Source: Eubacteriales bacterium (GTDB taxonomy: Bacteria; Bacillota; Clostridia; Oscillospirales; CAG-272). From it: 42,240 bases of DNA. Positions 16,812 through 25,921 of this stretch are shown in pieces; positions within the stretch are counted from its first letter, which is position 1; each line of letters opens with the position of its first letter. The notes under the pieces are model-generated. The model was given only the letters and a program-made list of their open reading frames with translations. It was not told where the DNA came from and searched no databases. The position numbers and the translations under genes were made by a program. Location of the stretch: contig JAZNAD010000024.1 of NCBI GenBank assembly GCA_045586345.1, positions 1 to 42,240 of the forward strand. The letters are read 5' to 3'.

Positions 16812-17798
16812 ATGACCTTAGCCGATAAAATTATAAAGCTCAGAAAACAGGCGGGGTGGTCGCAGGAGGAGCTCGCCGAGCGACTGGGAGTCTCTCGCCA
16901 GGCAGTTTCCAAATGGGAGAGCGCGCAGGCCACACCCGACCTCGACAAGATCCTTTCGCTCAGTACACTCTTCGGTGTAACGACCGACTATCTTCTGAAG
17001 GACGGTGCCGAAGAGGGGGAGATTTCCGCAGCGCTGGAGGGAGTGGCCACCAAGCGCATTTCGCTCGCGGAGGCGACCGCCTACCTTGACGAACGGCGCC
17101 GAGCGGCATGGCACATAGCGATCGCTACCTTCTTATGTATTTTGTCACCGATCACGCTGATCCTCCTCGATGCCCTGGCAAATCCCCCGCACGCCTTAGT
17201 TTCGGAAACCGTGGCGGGGGTCGTGGGGCTCTGTGTCCTGTTCGCCCTTGTACTGTGCGCCGTTCCGCTGTATCTTATCTGCGGCTTCAAAAACGAGCCG
17301 TACGCTTTTCTCGACAAAAGCATACCGTTTGTAGCGGAGCACGGCGTTAGCGAGGCCGTCGCCGCGCGCAAAGAAGAGTTCCGAGGTGCCTATGTCCGAT
17401 GGAATATTATCGCCACCTGTCTTTGCATCCTGTCACCGATCCCTCTGATCGCCACGGCCTTTGCCGACAAGGATCTGCTTTCCGTGCTGATGCTGGCGGT
17501 CATGCTTGTTCTTGCGGGACTTGGAGTCATGGCCTTTATTGTCGTTGGCGTGCAAAACGCCGCTATGCAAAAGCTTCTCCGGGTGGGCGATTATACCGAT
17601 GCCGAAAAGGCGCGGCGGGCTCTGCGCGAGGCAGTCGGCTCTGCCTATTGGGGGATCCTGACCGCGATCTTTCTCGTATGGAGCTTCATGGCGGCGCAGT
17701 GGCATATTTCGTGGACGGTGTTTGCCGTCGGCGGAGTTCTCTTTCCTATCGTGATGCGGATATGCGATGCGATCGCCGATCGGCGCCGCGACCGTTAA
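16812..17798 (+). CDS. XRE-family HTH regulator fused to a multi-pass membrane domain
   Basis: LRKQAGWSQEELAERLGVSRQAVSKWES...PDLDKIL...FGVTTDYLL followed by about 6 TM helices; RBS GGAGG. Confidence 0.9.
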   Translation: MTLADKIIKLRKQAGWSQEELAERLGVSRQAVSKWESAQATPDLDKILSLSTLFGVTTDYLLKDGAEEGEISAALEGVATKRISLAEATAYLDERRRAAWHIAIATFLCILSPITLILLDALANPPHALVSETVAGVVGLCVLFALVLCAVPLYLICGFKNEPYAFLDKSIPFVAEHGVSEAVAARKEEFRGAYVRWNIIATCLCILSPIPLIATAFADKDLLSVLMLAVMLVLAGLGVMAFIVVGVQNAAMQKLLRVGDYTDAEKARRALREAVGSAYWGILTAIFLVWSFMAAQWHISWTVFAVGGVLFPIVMRICDAIADRRRDR

Positions 17799-17802
17799 AA
17801 GG

Positions 17803-17833
17803 TGAAAAAGGAGCACCTGCGTGCTCCTTTTTC
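17803..17833. terminator. Bidirectional intrinsic terminator
   Basis: GAAAAAGGAGCAC-CTGC-GTGCTCCTTTTTC. Confidence 0.8.
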
Positions 17834-17846
17834 GCTTTCCGACTAT

Positions 17847-18527
17847 TCAGCTTTCGTATTCCGTATCGACCGTCAGGGAGGCATTTTTGCTCTCCTCGCT
17901 GATATAGTCGAGGGGATCGACGGCGACGCCCTTGACCGTCATTTCAAAATGGAGGTGGGGCTCGTCGGCGCTTTCAATGAGGGCGGTATCTCCCACCTCA
18001 CCGATCACCTGACCCGCGATGACGGTAGCCCCCTCCTTGATCCCGTCGGGCAGGACGGCGGCAAGATTCTTATAGATTGTGACACCCTCGCCGTTGTGCA
18101 AGATCTTGACCGTAGTGCCCATCATAGGATCGCTGGCGACCGAGAGGATCTTCCCGTCGGCGGCGGCATAGACAGCATCCCCGAGGCCACAAGCAATATC
18201 AATGCCGTTGTGGGTACGCCAGTCACCCGTGGTCATCGAAAAGACGGGCAGATCTGTGGTATGCTCCTTGGAGACACTGCCAACGGTAGGGGCAACAAAG
18301 GCGGGGAGCCTCGAGGTATCGGCAGCGGGAGGCACAGTGGTCACGGGCGGGGCGGTAGTCACGGGGGCTGCTGTCGTTACCGGGGCAGTCGTTGTGGCAA
18401 CGGGGGTCTTGGAGCCGCGGTTCGCGGCGGCGGTGATCCCAATCACGACGGCCGTCACGCAGAGGACGGCAACGATCACGATATAGAGGATCCGGCTGAA
18501 TTTTTCTTGCTTCTGGTTCTTTTCCAT
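17847..18527 (-). CDS. Membrane-anchored M23/LytM peptidase, SpoIIQ-like
   Basis: N-terminal TM, Thr/Pro linker, WRTHNGID (HxxxD), PHLHFE (HxH), VDPLDY. Confidence 0.85.
   Translation of the reverse strand: MEKNQKQEKFSRILYIVIVAVLCVTAVVIGITAAANRGSKTPVATTTAPVTTAAPVTTAPPVTTVPPAADTSRLPAFVAPTVGSVSKEHTTDLPVFSMTTGDWRTHNGIDIACGLGDAVYAAADGKILSVASDPMMGTTVKILHNGEGVTIYKNLAAVLPDGIKEGATVIAGQVIGEVGDTALIESADEPHLHFEMTVKGVAVDPLDYISEESKNASLTVDTEYES
18329..18405 (-). repeat. Degenerate 18-bp coding tandem repeat (PVTTAA/PVTTAP linker)
   Basis: Protein PVATTTAPVTTAAPVTTAPPVTTVPP. Confidence 0.7.
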
Positions 18528-18562
18528 TTGGGCTTTGCTTCCTTTCTCGGTTTCTCTACCCC

Positions 18563-18591
18563 TATTCTTGCCACCCGCCCAAGTTTTATAC
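18563..18591 (-). promoter_or_regulatory. sigmaF-like forespore promoter
   Basis: GTATA-14 nt-GGCAAGAATA matches the sigmaF consensus GYWTA / GgnrAnAnTw, upstream of the M23 gene. Confidence 0.55.
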
Positions 18592-18690
18592 AGTAGCGGG
18601 TAATTTTTTCGTTTTTGGGGTAAAAACCGAAAGAAATCCCCCCCGTGACCGTATCTTTTGGAAAAAAACAAGAAAATTTCAAAAACCCTC

Positions 18691-18719
18691 TTGACTTTTC
18701 CGCCCGGTGTGGTTATAAT
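18691..18719 (+). promoter_or_regulatory. sigmaA promoter of tRNA-Lys
   Basis: TTGACT-17 nt-TATAAT with an upstream A-rich UP element. Confidence 0.8.
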
Positions 18720-18740
18720 ATAACCCGTCAGCCAAATCAT

Positions 18741-18816
18741 GCACCTCTAGCTCAGTTGGTAGAGCAACTGACTCTTAATCAGTGGGTCCAGGGTTCGAGT
18801 CCCTGGAGGTGCACCA
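18741..18816 (+). tRNA. tRNA-Lys (anticodon CTT)
   Basis: Cloverleaf GCACCTC...GAGGTGC-A-CCA; anticodon arm ACTGA-CTCTTAA-TCAGT; GGTTCGAGTCC T arm. Confidence 0.97.
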
Positions 18817-19008
18817 AACAAAGAAGCAACCCTTGCGGTTGCTTTTTTGTTTTTTAACGGTCACCGGAAGGGGCTCGAAGGGGAGCGGGAGTGAATGGAC
18901 GCAGAGCGTCCAGAGCCGCGACTGACCGAGGAACGGGAAAAAGCCGAAATCTAATCGGCTTTTTCGACACCGTTCCGAGACCTAGTCCCTGGAGGTGCAC
19001 CAAACAAA
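18798..19008 (+). repeat. 25-bp direct repeat of the tRNA-Lys 3' end flanking a ~160-bp hairpin cassette
   Basis: AGTCCCTGGAGGTGCACCAAACAAA at 18798-18822 and 18984-19008; each copy is followed by a terminator hairpin. Confidence 0.9.
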
Positions 19009-19043
19009 ATCCGCTTTCATGAGAAGGCGGATTTTTATTTGTA

Positions 19044-19139
19044 TTATTCACTTTTCATCATTCATTATTCATTTCCCTCAAGCGGATTTTAAATAAATTA
19101 GTGAAGAATGAAGTCGCTTCGCTAATGAATAATGAATAA
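19044..19139. repeat. Inverted heptamer tandem repeats (TTATTCA)n ... (TGAATAA)n
   Basis: TTATTCA CTTTTCA TCATTCA TTATTCA (19044-19071) versus TGAAGAA TGAAG...TGAATAA TGAATAA (19102-19139). Confidence 0.75.
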
Positions 19140-19237
19140 TTGCACTAGCTTTTCGCCCACGGATCCAAAAGCCGGCTGTTTTATGATATAAAATGAGTTG
19201 TTCTGTGAGTTGTCATTTTCACCTCCAAACACAAACA

Positions 19238-19277
19238 AAAAGAAAACCGCACTTCCCTGAAGTGCGGTTTTCTTTTA
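19238..19277. terminator. Intrinsic terminator
   Basis: AAAAGAAAACCGCACTTC-CCT-GAAGTGCGGTTTTCTTTT. Confidence 0.85.
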
Positions 19278-19279
19278 CC

Positions 19280-19708
19280 TTAGTTCCCGGCGAAGATGGC
19301 GTCGGCATTGCCGAGGCCGTAGACGAGGAGGCAATTGCCGTTGATGCGATTCTCCTCCTTAGCCTTCTTATAGGCGCTGTCATCCTTCACGCCGTCCTCC
19401 TCCTCAATGAGGAAGTCCTTCAGCTCAAACATATGGGGGAATTTAATGATAAGGGCCGACGGGACGACGCTCTTCCAGCAAAGGATCAGCTCGTAATCGT
19501 CAAGCTCGTCGATCTCCTCCTCCGTCATGCCGATGGTGCTGCAAAAGACCTCAGCCTCTTTGCTTTTCCCCTGAACGACCTGAACCGTGTATCCGGCTTC
19601 CATATATGCTTCCTTCAGCCCCTTCGACTTATCACAGCTGACGAGCGAGGCAAGCAACAGAACGGCCACAAGGGTAAGAGCCGTCAATTTCAAAAGCTTT
19701 TTCATCAC
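19280..19708 (-). CDS. Hypothetical lipoprotein
   Basis: MKKLLKLTALTLVAVLLLASLVSC lipobox; acidic mature domain. Confidence 0.75.
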   Translation of the reverse strand: MMKKLLKLTALTLVAVLLLASLVSCDKSKGLKEAYMEAGYTVQVVQGKSKEAEVFCSTIGMTEEEIDELDDYELILCWKSVVPSALIIKFPHMFELKDFLIEEEDGVKDDSAYKKAKEENRINGNCLLVYGLGNADAIFAGN

Positions 19709-19855
19709 AATATCCTTCTTCCTTTCGTATTCCGCTGTGCGGTTTCTACTTTCATTATAGAGAACAATTCTCGATTTGTCAAGAAGAAATTAAGAAAAAA
19801 CGGTGAAAGGCTGAGGGAAGGACGCACCGATGACACAGAACAGGAGGCGTTGATC

Positions 19856-21418
19856 CTATTCGACGATAAGATAGGAGATCCCGTCAAGAAGGGCGGGGTC
19901 GTCGGCAAAGGCTCCCTCACCGAGGGGGAGAGAGTTGATCTCGGCAAGCGCTCCCGGCGTCGTGTGATAGCGCTCAGCGATCGAGAACAGGTCATCGCCC
20001 GCCTCGGGGTAAACGACGGTGACGGTGCCGCACCTTGCGGGGTAGCGCTCCTCGGGGTAGGCGGTGACCGACGATACCATCGTAAGCGGAGAGGCGGAGT
20101 ACGCAGTCAGCAGGAGACGGAGCTCGGTATCGGCGGCATAGCCTCCCTCCTCGAGCCGTGCACGGGCACCCACGGCATCCACGCGACATTCGTATGTGAC
20201 ATCGCAGCCTGCCGGGATAGCAAGCTCGCTGACAAGTCGGAAGGGATAGGTAAATTCCACCGAGAAGCAGGGTGTGACGGCCCCCTCCTCGGCAGGGAGC
20301 CCCGCAAGAAGGAGACCCACCTTGACGTCGCCAAGCACCACAGCGCGGCCGCCGTCCTCGGTGACCTTACGCACAGCAGCGACGACTGAGGTATCGAGGA
20401 TCGAGGCAGCGGTCTCTTCCCCGAGGCTCCCACTGCTCCCCGAGACGGTATATGAGGTGCTGACCGAGCCGAGCACATGCTCACAGGGCAGGCGCTCCCG
20501 CGTTACCTCGGTGCGATGGGTGGGGGAATAGCAGGCGAGGATGGGGGAGATTTCGCCGTTTTTTGCAATACGCACGCGACATTCGGCTGCACCGTCCACC
20601 TCAAGGCGGCACCCACCCTCACCGTCACCGAGGGCACGGACATTGAGAGCCGTAATATGGCCGCAAACGAGAGGAAGATCCGTGGGCTCGGCGCCCGGGA
20701 GCGCTACCTCACGCTCAAGCGGGATGTGCGACGAGAAGGACATCGGACGGCCGTCCCCATCCTTCGCAACAATACGGAGATCGGCAAAGCCCACGACTGT
20801 GACGCCGTCGGCGGTGGCGCGACATTCGGTGGGCCGGAAGCTACCGTCCGTAAAGAGAGGGTGCAGGGCATCGGGCAGGAGCCCGGGAACCGAGATCGCG
20901 TCGTAAAACGGGATCTCACCGCTTTCAGCAAGAAGGGTGCGACGTGCCGGCCGCGGACGGTGCACCACCTCGCATCCCTCCAACTGGGGTGTGGGAACTG
21001 GAGTCGCGCCTACGGCGTGAGCGCGCGCCCTGAGGGTCGAGCGGAGCGTAAGGCTCCGCGGGCCGCCGAGACGGCAGACAGTACTGTCCACCTCAACGTC
21101 GGCATAGGCGCCGACAGGCGTAGCGGCGGCATCCCCGTGGGCTGTAAACGTATAATCGCCGTTGACCGTTACCGCACTGAGCGCCCCCTCACCGTCGGTA
21201 TAGATCACGGTGTAGGCAACGATCCCTGAAAATTCGGTGCCGCGGTCACCCACGTATTTTCCCGAGGGGATCGGGCGGGCATCGATCCTTCGGAGCTTGC
21301 GGATCTCAGGCATATAGTCGGGGAGGGTATGATCCACGGCGCACTCTGCCGTGATCGCCTCACGGCAGACGTCACGCTCGATGCTGCCGAATTCCATAGC
21401 GTTCTCTCTCGTTTCCAT
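19856..21418 (-). CDS. SPOCS (DUF3794) repeat + LysM spore-coat morphogenetic protein, SipL/SpoVID-like
   Basis: DHTLPDYMPEIRKL N-terminus, three beta-rich repeats, C-terminal LysM (GDDLFSIAERYHTT...LAEINSL). Confidence 0.8.
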   Translation of the reverse strand: METRENAMEFGSIERDVCREAITAECAVDHTLPDYMPEIRKLRRIDARPIPSGKYVGDRGTEFSGIVAYTVIYTDGEGALSAVTVNGDYTFTAHGDAAATPVGAYADVEVDSTVCRLGGPRSLTLRSTLRARAHAVGATPVPTPQLEGCEVVHRPRPARRTLLAESGEIPFYDAISVPGLLPDALHPLFTDGSFRPTECRATADGVTVVGFADLRIVAKDGDGRPMSFSSHIPLEREVALPGAEPTDLPLVCGHITALNVRALGDGEGGCRLEVDGAAECRVRIAKNGEISPILACYSPTHRTEVTRERLPCEHVLGSVSTSYTVSGSSGSLGEETAASILDTSVVAAVRKVTEDGGRAVVLGDVKVGLLLAGLPAEEGAVTPCFSVEFTYPFRLVSELAIPAGCDVTYECRVDAVGARARLEEGGYAADTELRLLLTAYSASPLTMVSSVTAYPEERYPARCGTVTVVYPEAGDDLFSIAERYHTTPGALAEINSLPLGEGAFADDPALLDGISYLIVE

Positions 21419-21466
21419 ACTTCTTTTCTCCTTTGTACTCGGCGGTTGCCGACGGTTCTTGCTACC

Positions 21467-21495
21467 ACTCTATGCACACGGAAATAAATTTATGA
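21467..21495 (-). promoter_or_regulatory. sigmaE-like mother-cell promoter
   Basis: TCATAA-15 nt-CATAGAGT upstream of the SPOCS/LysM gene. Confidence 0.55.
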
Positions 21496-21601
21496 AGCGA
21501 GAGCAGGAAGCGAAGAGAAAAAACATCTTGCATGAGGCAAGGGAGTATGGTATAATGGCCTTGTCTACTATTAGATAAAAGCATCAGAAAAGGAGCACTT
21601 C

Positions 21602-24415
21602 ATGAAGAAAAGGCTTTTATCCCTCGCGCTCTCGGCACTCCTCGTGCTTGGCTGCCTGTCTCCCCTTGCGGTGCCGGCTACGGGTTCCGCGCCCGCTTAT
21701 CCCGAGATCGGCGAGGAGGCATATAACGCCCTGTACGTGCAAGACGGCCTCATCGACGCCTACGACTTCTTCCGTCTGAACGAGTTCTGGTCCGATACGT
21801 GGGCAGACGGTGAGGCTCCCACGCTGCCTCCGGCCCCCGGCCTTGACTCACAATACGATGACAACCGCCTTGATTCGACCGCTCCCTTCATCATCGTTCG
21901 GTACGCGAAGTCAAGTCCGAATACGATCAATAGCTCCTGGGGTCTCGACGCCAACGGAAACAAGGCATGGTACGACGGAAGCTCCGGGCTCGCATACTCC
22001 GAATCGGCTACAGGGACGAAGAAGATCTTCACCTTTACCGATGAGGCGACCGCCCGGGATGTGCTCACCGGCATCGAGGGCAAGAACGAGATTGCTTATA
22101 CTTATGCTGTCATTCGCCAGCCGAAGGTGTCGAGCACCTACAAAACGGCGCGAACGAACTACGCCACCACCGTTGAAAATGACCTCAAGCTTTTCGCACA
22201 CCGCGGTACGGTCGGGATGCAAGTTTATTTGCCCGAGATCTCCCCAATCAGCTATCATGACCAAACCGGTCTGAAGCAGGGCGCCAACGTTTACTACGTT
22301 TCCGCCGATGCGGAGGGCACCGAGCGCGGCGGCTATCTCCAGATGACCAACGCCTTCTCGAGCCAGTCCTACCTGCAGTTTACCGGTCTCCCGACGGCGG
22401 GTACGATCGTCGGCGAGTACGTGATGACGGGTGGCCCTGCGACAACCTCGAGCGGAGCTGACAAAAAGTGTAACTTCCTCACCCTTTCCGAGGTGGTCCT
22501 CTATAAGGAGGGCGATGCGCTCACGCGCTTCGACGGCTACAACGGAGTTAAGTTTACCGGCAAGGGGGATAACGAGGGCTGCACGATCTCGTCGAGCCGC
22601 CTTTACTTAAAGACGAAGGCGATCACCCTGGCCGATCCCAATGCCGTCAATGTCTACGGCATTCACGTCAAACGTGACGGCGGCGATCTTACGGCCGGCC
22701 TGTGGTTCAACGGCAAGGAGATCATTTCGCCCGCTACCGCTACCGATAGCTCAACTACGGGCATCAGAAGCCAGCTTGGCTTCTCCTCTACGACCGAGGC
22801 GCGCGTATACGCGGTGCGCTTCTACGAGCAGGAGCTGGATGCCAACGGCTATGCACAGAATCACTTCGCCGATCTTTGCAAATATTTCCGTCTTGACATC
22901 ACAAGGATGTCCGCTCTGCATGCCAGCGACATCGCGTATCTTGCCGTACGGATGGCCGACTTCAGCTTCACCGATGACCGCGATGCCGTCGCCTCGGCGC
23001 TTGACTCGCACCTTGACTATCTCCTTGAGGACTCGCTCACAGGCAGCGGTGCCTCCCTTGAGATCTTCCTTACCGCCGTCCGAAACGGCGATGTGGACGC
23101 CTCCGCCGTCCGTGCTCTCCCCTCTGCCTATCAGGCCGAGGTCATCACGGCATATGCCGACCTTCTCGAAAAGACCCCTGAGGCCGATACCGCCGAGCGT
23201 CAGAACGCCGTCGACAATGCGGTAGCAACGGTCCTCAGCAGAGAATTTGGCGACTACTATAACAAAACGCCTCTCCTTTTGGCCGAGGATTTCTTTGCCG
23301 AAAAAACACTGTCGGCGGCGGCCGCGCACTTCTTTGAGGTGGCCAAGGCCAACAATATGGATATGAAGCCGCTCGAGGACGTGGATGACACCATCCTTGA
23401 ATACCTTTACCTCGACTTTGCCGACGTCATTCCGTCCCTCCCCTCGCTGACCGCGGTCCTTCAGAAGCGGATGATCGATGCGCTGGTTCTGTACCGCGAG
23501 CTTTATTACGGTGTGTCGGTCGTTGAAGGACTTCTCTCCTTCTACGGCTACCAGCTGACAATGCACGGTGATACCGGCGTGCGCGCCGTCTACACCGTCA
23601 ACCCCGACGTTCTTGCCGACCTTGAGTCTCACGGCTTCACCGTCCACTTCGGTGCGATCTTCACCACCGAGTCGGAGGAGCCCACCGTGAAGCGCGAGGG
23701 GAATGCCTACGTTCCCGCGACGAGTGATGTCAAGCAGGAGGCCGTCTACAAGACTGGCGTCGGCTACTCCGGCAACCACTTCACGCTCGGCGGCAAGACC
23801 GCCTTTGCCTACGAGCATATGTCGGAAAACGTACAGGAATCGCTTCGGTTCGTGGCCTACGCCGTCCTTGAGCGTACCGGTCAGGAGCCCTCCATTCACT
23901 ATTTCACCCCCAAGGGTGAGACCATCAAGACCGCATCGGTCACGCTGAATACCCTTGCAAGAGCCTGCCGCGATACCGTCGGTACCGTGTACCCGAACGT
24001 ACAGAAGATCCTCGTCCGCCGCGGCGCTACCGAGGCCAGCCCCTCGGTCTATCTCGGCTCCCTGAACCTGACCGAGCAGCGCCCTGTGATGGATAACGAG
24101 CACAGAACGATGGTCAAGAGCTTCCAGGCATCGATCCGGGCGTACACTCAAGCTCCCTCTGCAATGCCCGAGATCTCGATTGCCGATGCCACCGGGACAA
24201 AGCTCATCCGCTTTGAGACCGGAGATGCCGTCTCCTTCAAGCAGGCCGATGACGGCTCGCTGGTCTTTACCTACGTGAAGGATAAGGAGGACGCGGCCAT
24301 CGCACTCCTTGAGGCCGAGCTTGAAAGAACGAAGGAAAACCTCTATGCGACCGGTACCCCCGCGCTTCCCACTGCATTCCTTGTCCTCGGCGAAATCAAA
24401 GAACCCAAGAAATAA
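21602..24415 (+). CDS. Large secreted/surface protein of unknown function (possible LamG/concanavalin-like module)
   Basis: Signal peptide MKKRLLSLAL...; RBS AAGGAG; promoter TTGCAT-17-TATAAT at 21528-21556; VYAVRFYEQEL...QNH resembles the end of a LamG-like domain. Confidence 0.8.
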   Translation: MKKRLLSLALSALLVLGCLSPLAVPATGSAPAYPEIGEEAYNALYVQDGLIDAYDFFRLNEFWSDTWADGEAPTLPPAPGLDSQYDDNRLDSTAPFIIVRYAKSSPNTINSSWGLDANGNKAWYDGSSGLAYSESATGTKKIFTFTDEATARDVLTGIEGKNEIAYTYAVIRQPKVSSTYKTARTNYATTVENDLKLFAHRGTVGMQVYLPEISPISYHDQTGLKQGANVYYVSADAEGTERGGYLQMTNAFSSQSYLQFTGLPTAGTIVGEYVMTGGPATTSSGADKKCNFLTLSEVVLYKEGDALTRFDGYNGVKFTGKGDNEGCTISSSRLYLKTKAITLADPNAVNVYGIHVKRDGGDLTAGLWFNGKEIISPATATDSSTTGIRSQLGFSSTTEARVYAVRFYEQELDANGYAQNHFADLCKYFRLDITRMSALHASDIAYLAVRMADFSFTDDRDAVASALDSHLDYLLEDSLTGSGASLEIFLTAVRNGDVDASAVRALPSAYQAEVITAYADLLEKTPEADTAERQNAVDNAVATVLSREFGDYYNKTPLLLAEDFFAEKTLSAAAAHFFEVAKANNMDMKPLEDVDDTILEYLYLDFADVIPSLPSLTAVLQKRMIDALVLYRELYYGVSVVEGLLSFYGYQLTMHGDTGVRAVYTVNPDVLADLESHGFTVHFGAIFTTESEEPTVKREGNAYVPATSDVKQEAVYKTGVGYSGNHFTLGGKTAFAYEHMSENVQESLRFVAYAVLERTGQEPSIHYFTPKGETIKTASVTLNTLARACRDTVGTVYPNVQKILVRRGATEASPSVYLGSLNLTEQRPVMDNEHRTMVKSFQASIRAYTQAPSAMPEISIADATGTKLIRFETGDAVSFKQADDGSLVFTYVKDKEDAAIALLEAELERTKENLYATGTPALPTAFLVLGEIKEPKK

Positions 24416-24436
24416 TATCAAAAGGAAGTTACAACA

Positions 24437-25882
24437 ATGGAAAAGCTGACTCGAAAGTATGGGCTGATCACGGCGATCTGCATGGTCGTCGGTACCGTTA
24501 TCGGCTCGGGCGTCTTCTTCAAGGCACAGAACGTCCTCACCGCCACGGGCGGTAACATGCCCCTCGGCATCGCCGCATGGGCGATCACCGGTCTTATCAT
24601 GATCCTTTGCTCGGCACAGTTCGCCATTATGGCCACCAAGTACGAGAAGGTCAGCGGCGTCGTTGACTACGCCGAGGCCACCTGCGGCAAGGGCTACGCC
24701 TACTACCTTGCCTGGTTCATGGTCAATGTTTACTACCCTGCCATGACCTCGGTACTTGCCTGGGTCTCGGCCCGTTACTTCGGCGTGATCCTCGGCTGGG
24801 ATATCGTCGGCCCTCGCGTTATGGCACTCTCGGGCTTCTTCCTCGTAATGTCCTATACCATCAATGCCCTCTCGCCGAAGCTCGCGGGCAAGTTTCAGGT
24901 CAGCGCAACCGTCATCAAGCTGATCCCCATTACCCTGATGGCGATCGTCGGCTCGCTCGTCGGTCTCTTCAACGGTACCCTCGGTGACAACTTCACGACG
25001 GTGGTCTCGGAGGCGGTCGGCGGTGTCGGCGGCGGTCTGTTTGCGGCCGTCGTGGCAACGGTCTTCGCCTATGAGGGCTGGATCGTGGCGACCTCGATCA
25101 ACGCCGAGCTAAAGAACCCGAAGAGGAACCTGCCCCTGGCACTCATCATCGGCGCGGCGATCGTGGTCGGTGCCTATATCCTTTACTACATCGGCGTTGC
25201 CGGCGGTGCCTCGAACAAGGTGCTGATCGAGGAGGGCGCCACCACCGCCTTCTCGAACGTGTTCGGCAAGGTGGGCGGTACCTTCCTTAACATCTGCATC
25301 GTCATTTCCTGCCTTGGCACGCTGAACGGCCTGATGGTCGCCTCGACGCGCGGTATGTATGCCATCGCTGTGCGCGGTGAGGGTCCGAAGCCCGAAACCT
25401 TCCGTCAGATCGACAAGACGAGCAATATGGCGACCAACTCCTCGGTCTGGGGGCTTTTCGTCTGTGCCGCCTGGCTCCTCTACTTCTACGGTGCCAACCT
25501 CGCTCCCGAGGGAGGCTGGTTCGGTCTTTTCAACTTTGACTCCTCGGAGCTCCCGATCGTCACGATCTACGCGCTCTACATCCCGATGTTCATTATGTGG
25601 ATGATCAAGGAGAAGGAGCTTAAGCCCCTTCAGCGCTTCGTTCTCCCCTCGTTCGCGATCGTGGCCTGCGCCTTCATGGTGTTCGCCGCCGTCTGGGCGC
25701 ACGGTGTCACCCCGCTGAAGGCCGCACAGGAGGCCGGCAGGTTCTCCTTCCCCGTGCTCTTCTACCTCATCATCTTTGCGGTCGTGATGATCGCCGGCTT
25801 CTTCTTCTCTGACTTCTTCCGCACACGGTGCCTCAAAAAGGCACCCGCGACCAAGGCGGTCGACGGAGAGGACGCCGAGTAA
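24437..25882 (+). CDS. APC-family amino acid permease
   Basis: VVGTVIGSGVFF, FAYEGW, ELKNPKRNLP, 12+ TM helices. Confidence 0.93.
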   Translation: MEKLTRKYGLITAICMVVGTVIGSGVFFKAQNVLTATGGNMPLGIAAWAITGLIMILCSAQFAIMATKYEKVSGVVDYAEATCGKGYAYYLAWFMVNVYYPAMTSVLAWVSARYFGVILGWDIVGPRVMALSGFFLVMSYTINALSPKLAGKFQVSATVIKLIPITLMAIVGSLVGLFNGTLGDNFTTVVSEAVGGVGGGLFAAVVATVFAYEGWIVATSINAELKNPKRNLPLALIIGAAIVVGAYILYYIGVAGGASNKVLIEEGATTAFSNVFGKVGGTFLNICIVISCLGTLNGLMVASTRGMYAIAVRGEGPKPETFRQIDKTSNMATNSSVWGLFVCAAWLLYFYGANLAPEGGWFGLFNFDSSELPIVTIYALYIPMFIMWMIKEKELKPLQRFVLPSFAIVACAFMVFAAVWAHGVTPLKAAQEAGRFSFPVLFYLIIFAVVMIAGFFFSDFFRTRCLKKAPATKAVDGEDAE

Positions 25883-25885
25883 CAA

Positions 25886-25921
25886 TAAAAGAAGAACCCG
25901 CAGAGCGGGTTCTTCTTTTAT
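25886..25921. terminator. Bidirectional intrinsic terminator
   Basis: AAAAGAAGAACCCGC-AGA-GCGGGTTCTTCTTTT. Confidence 0.85.

Noticed and set aside
18798-19008. Prophage/ICE integrated at tRNA-Lys
   Set aside because: Only about 160 bp lie between the repeats and there is no integrase or phage gene in the window.
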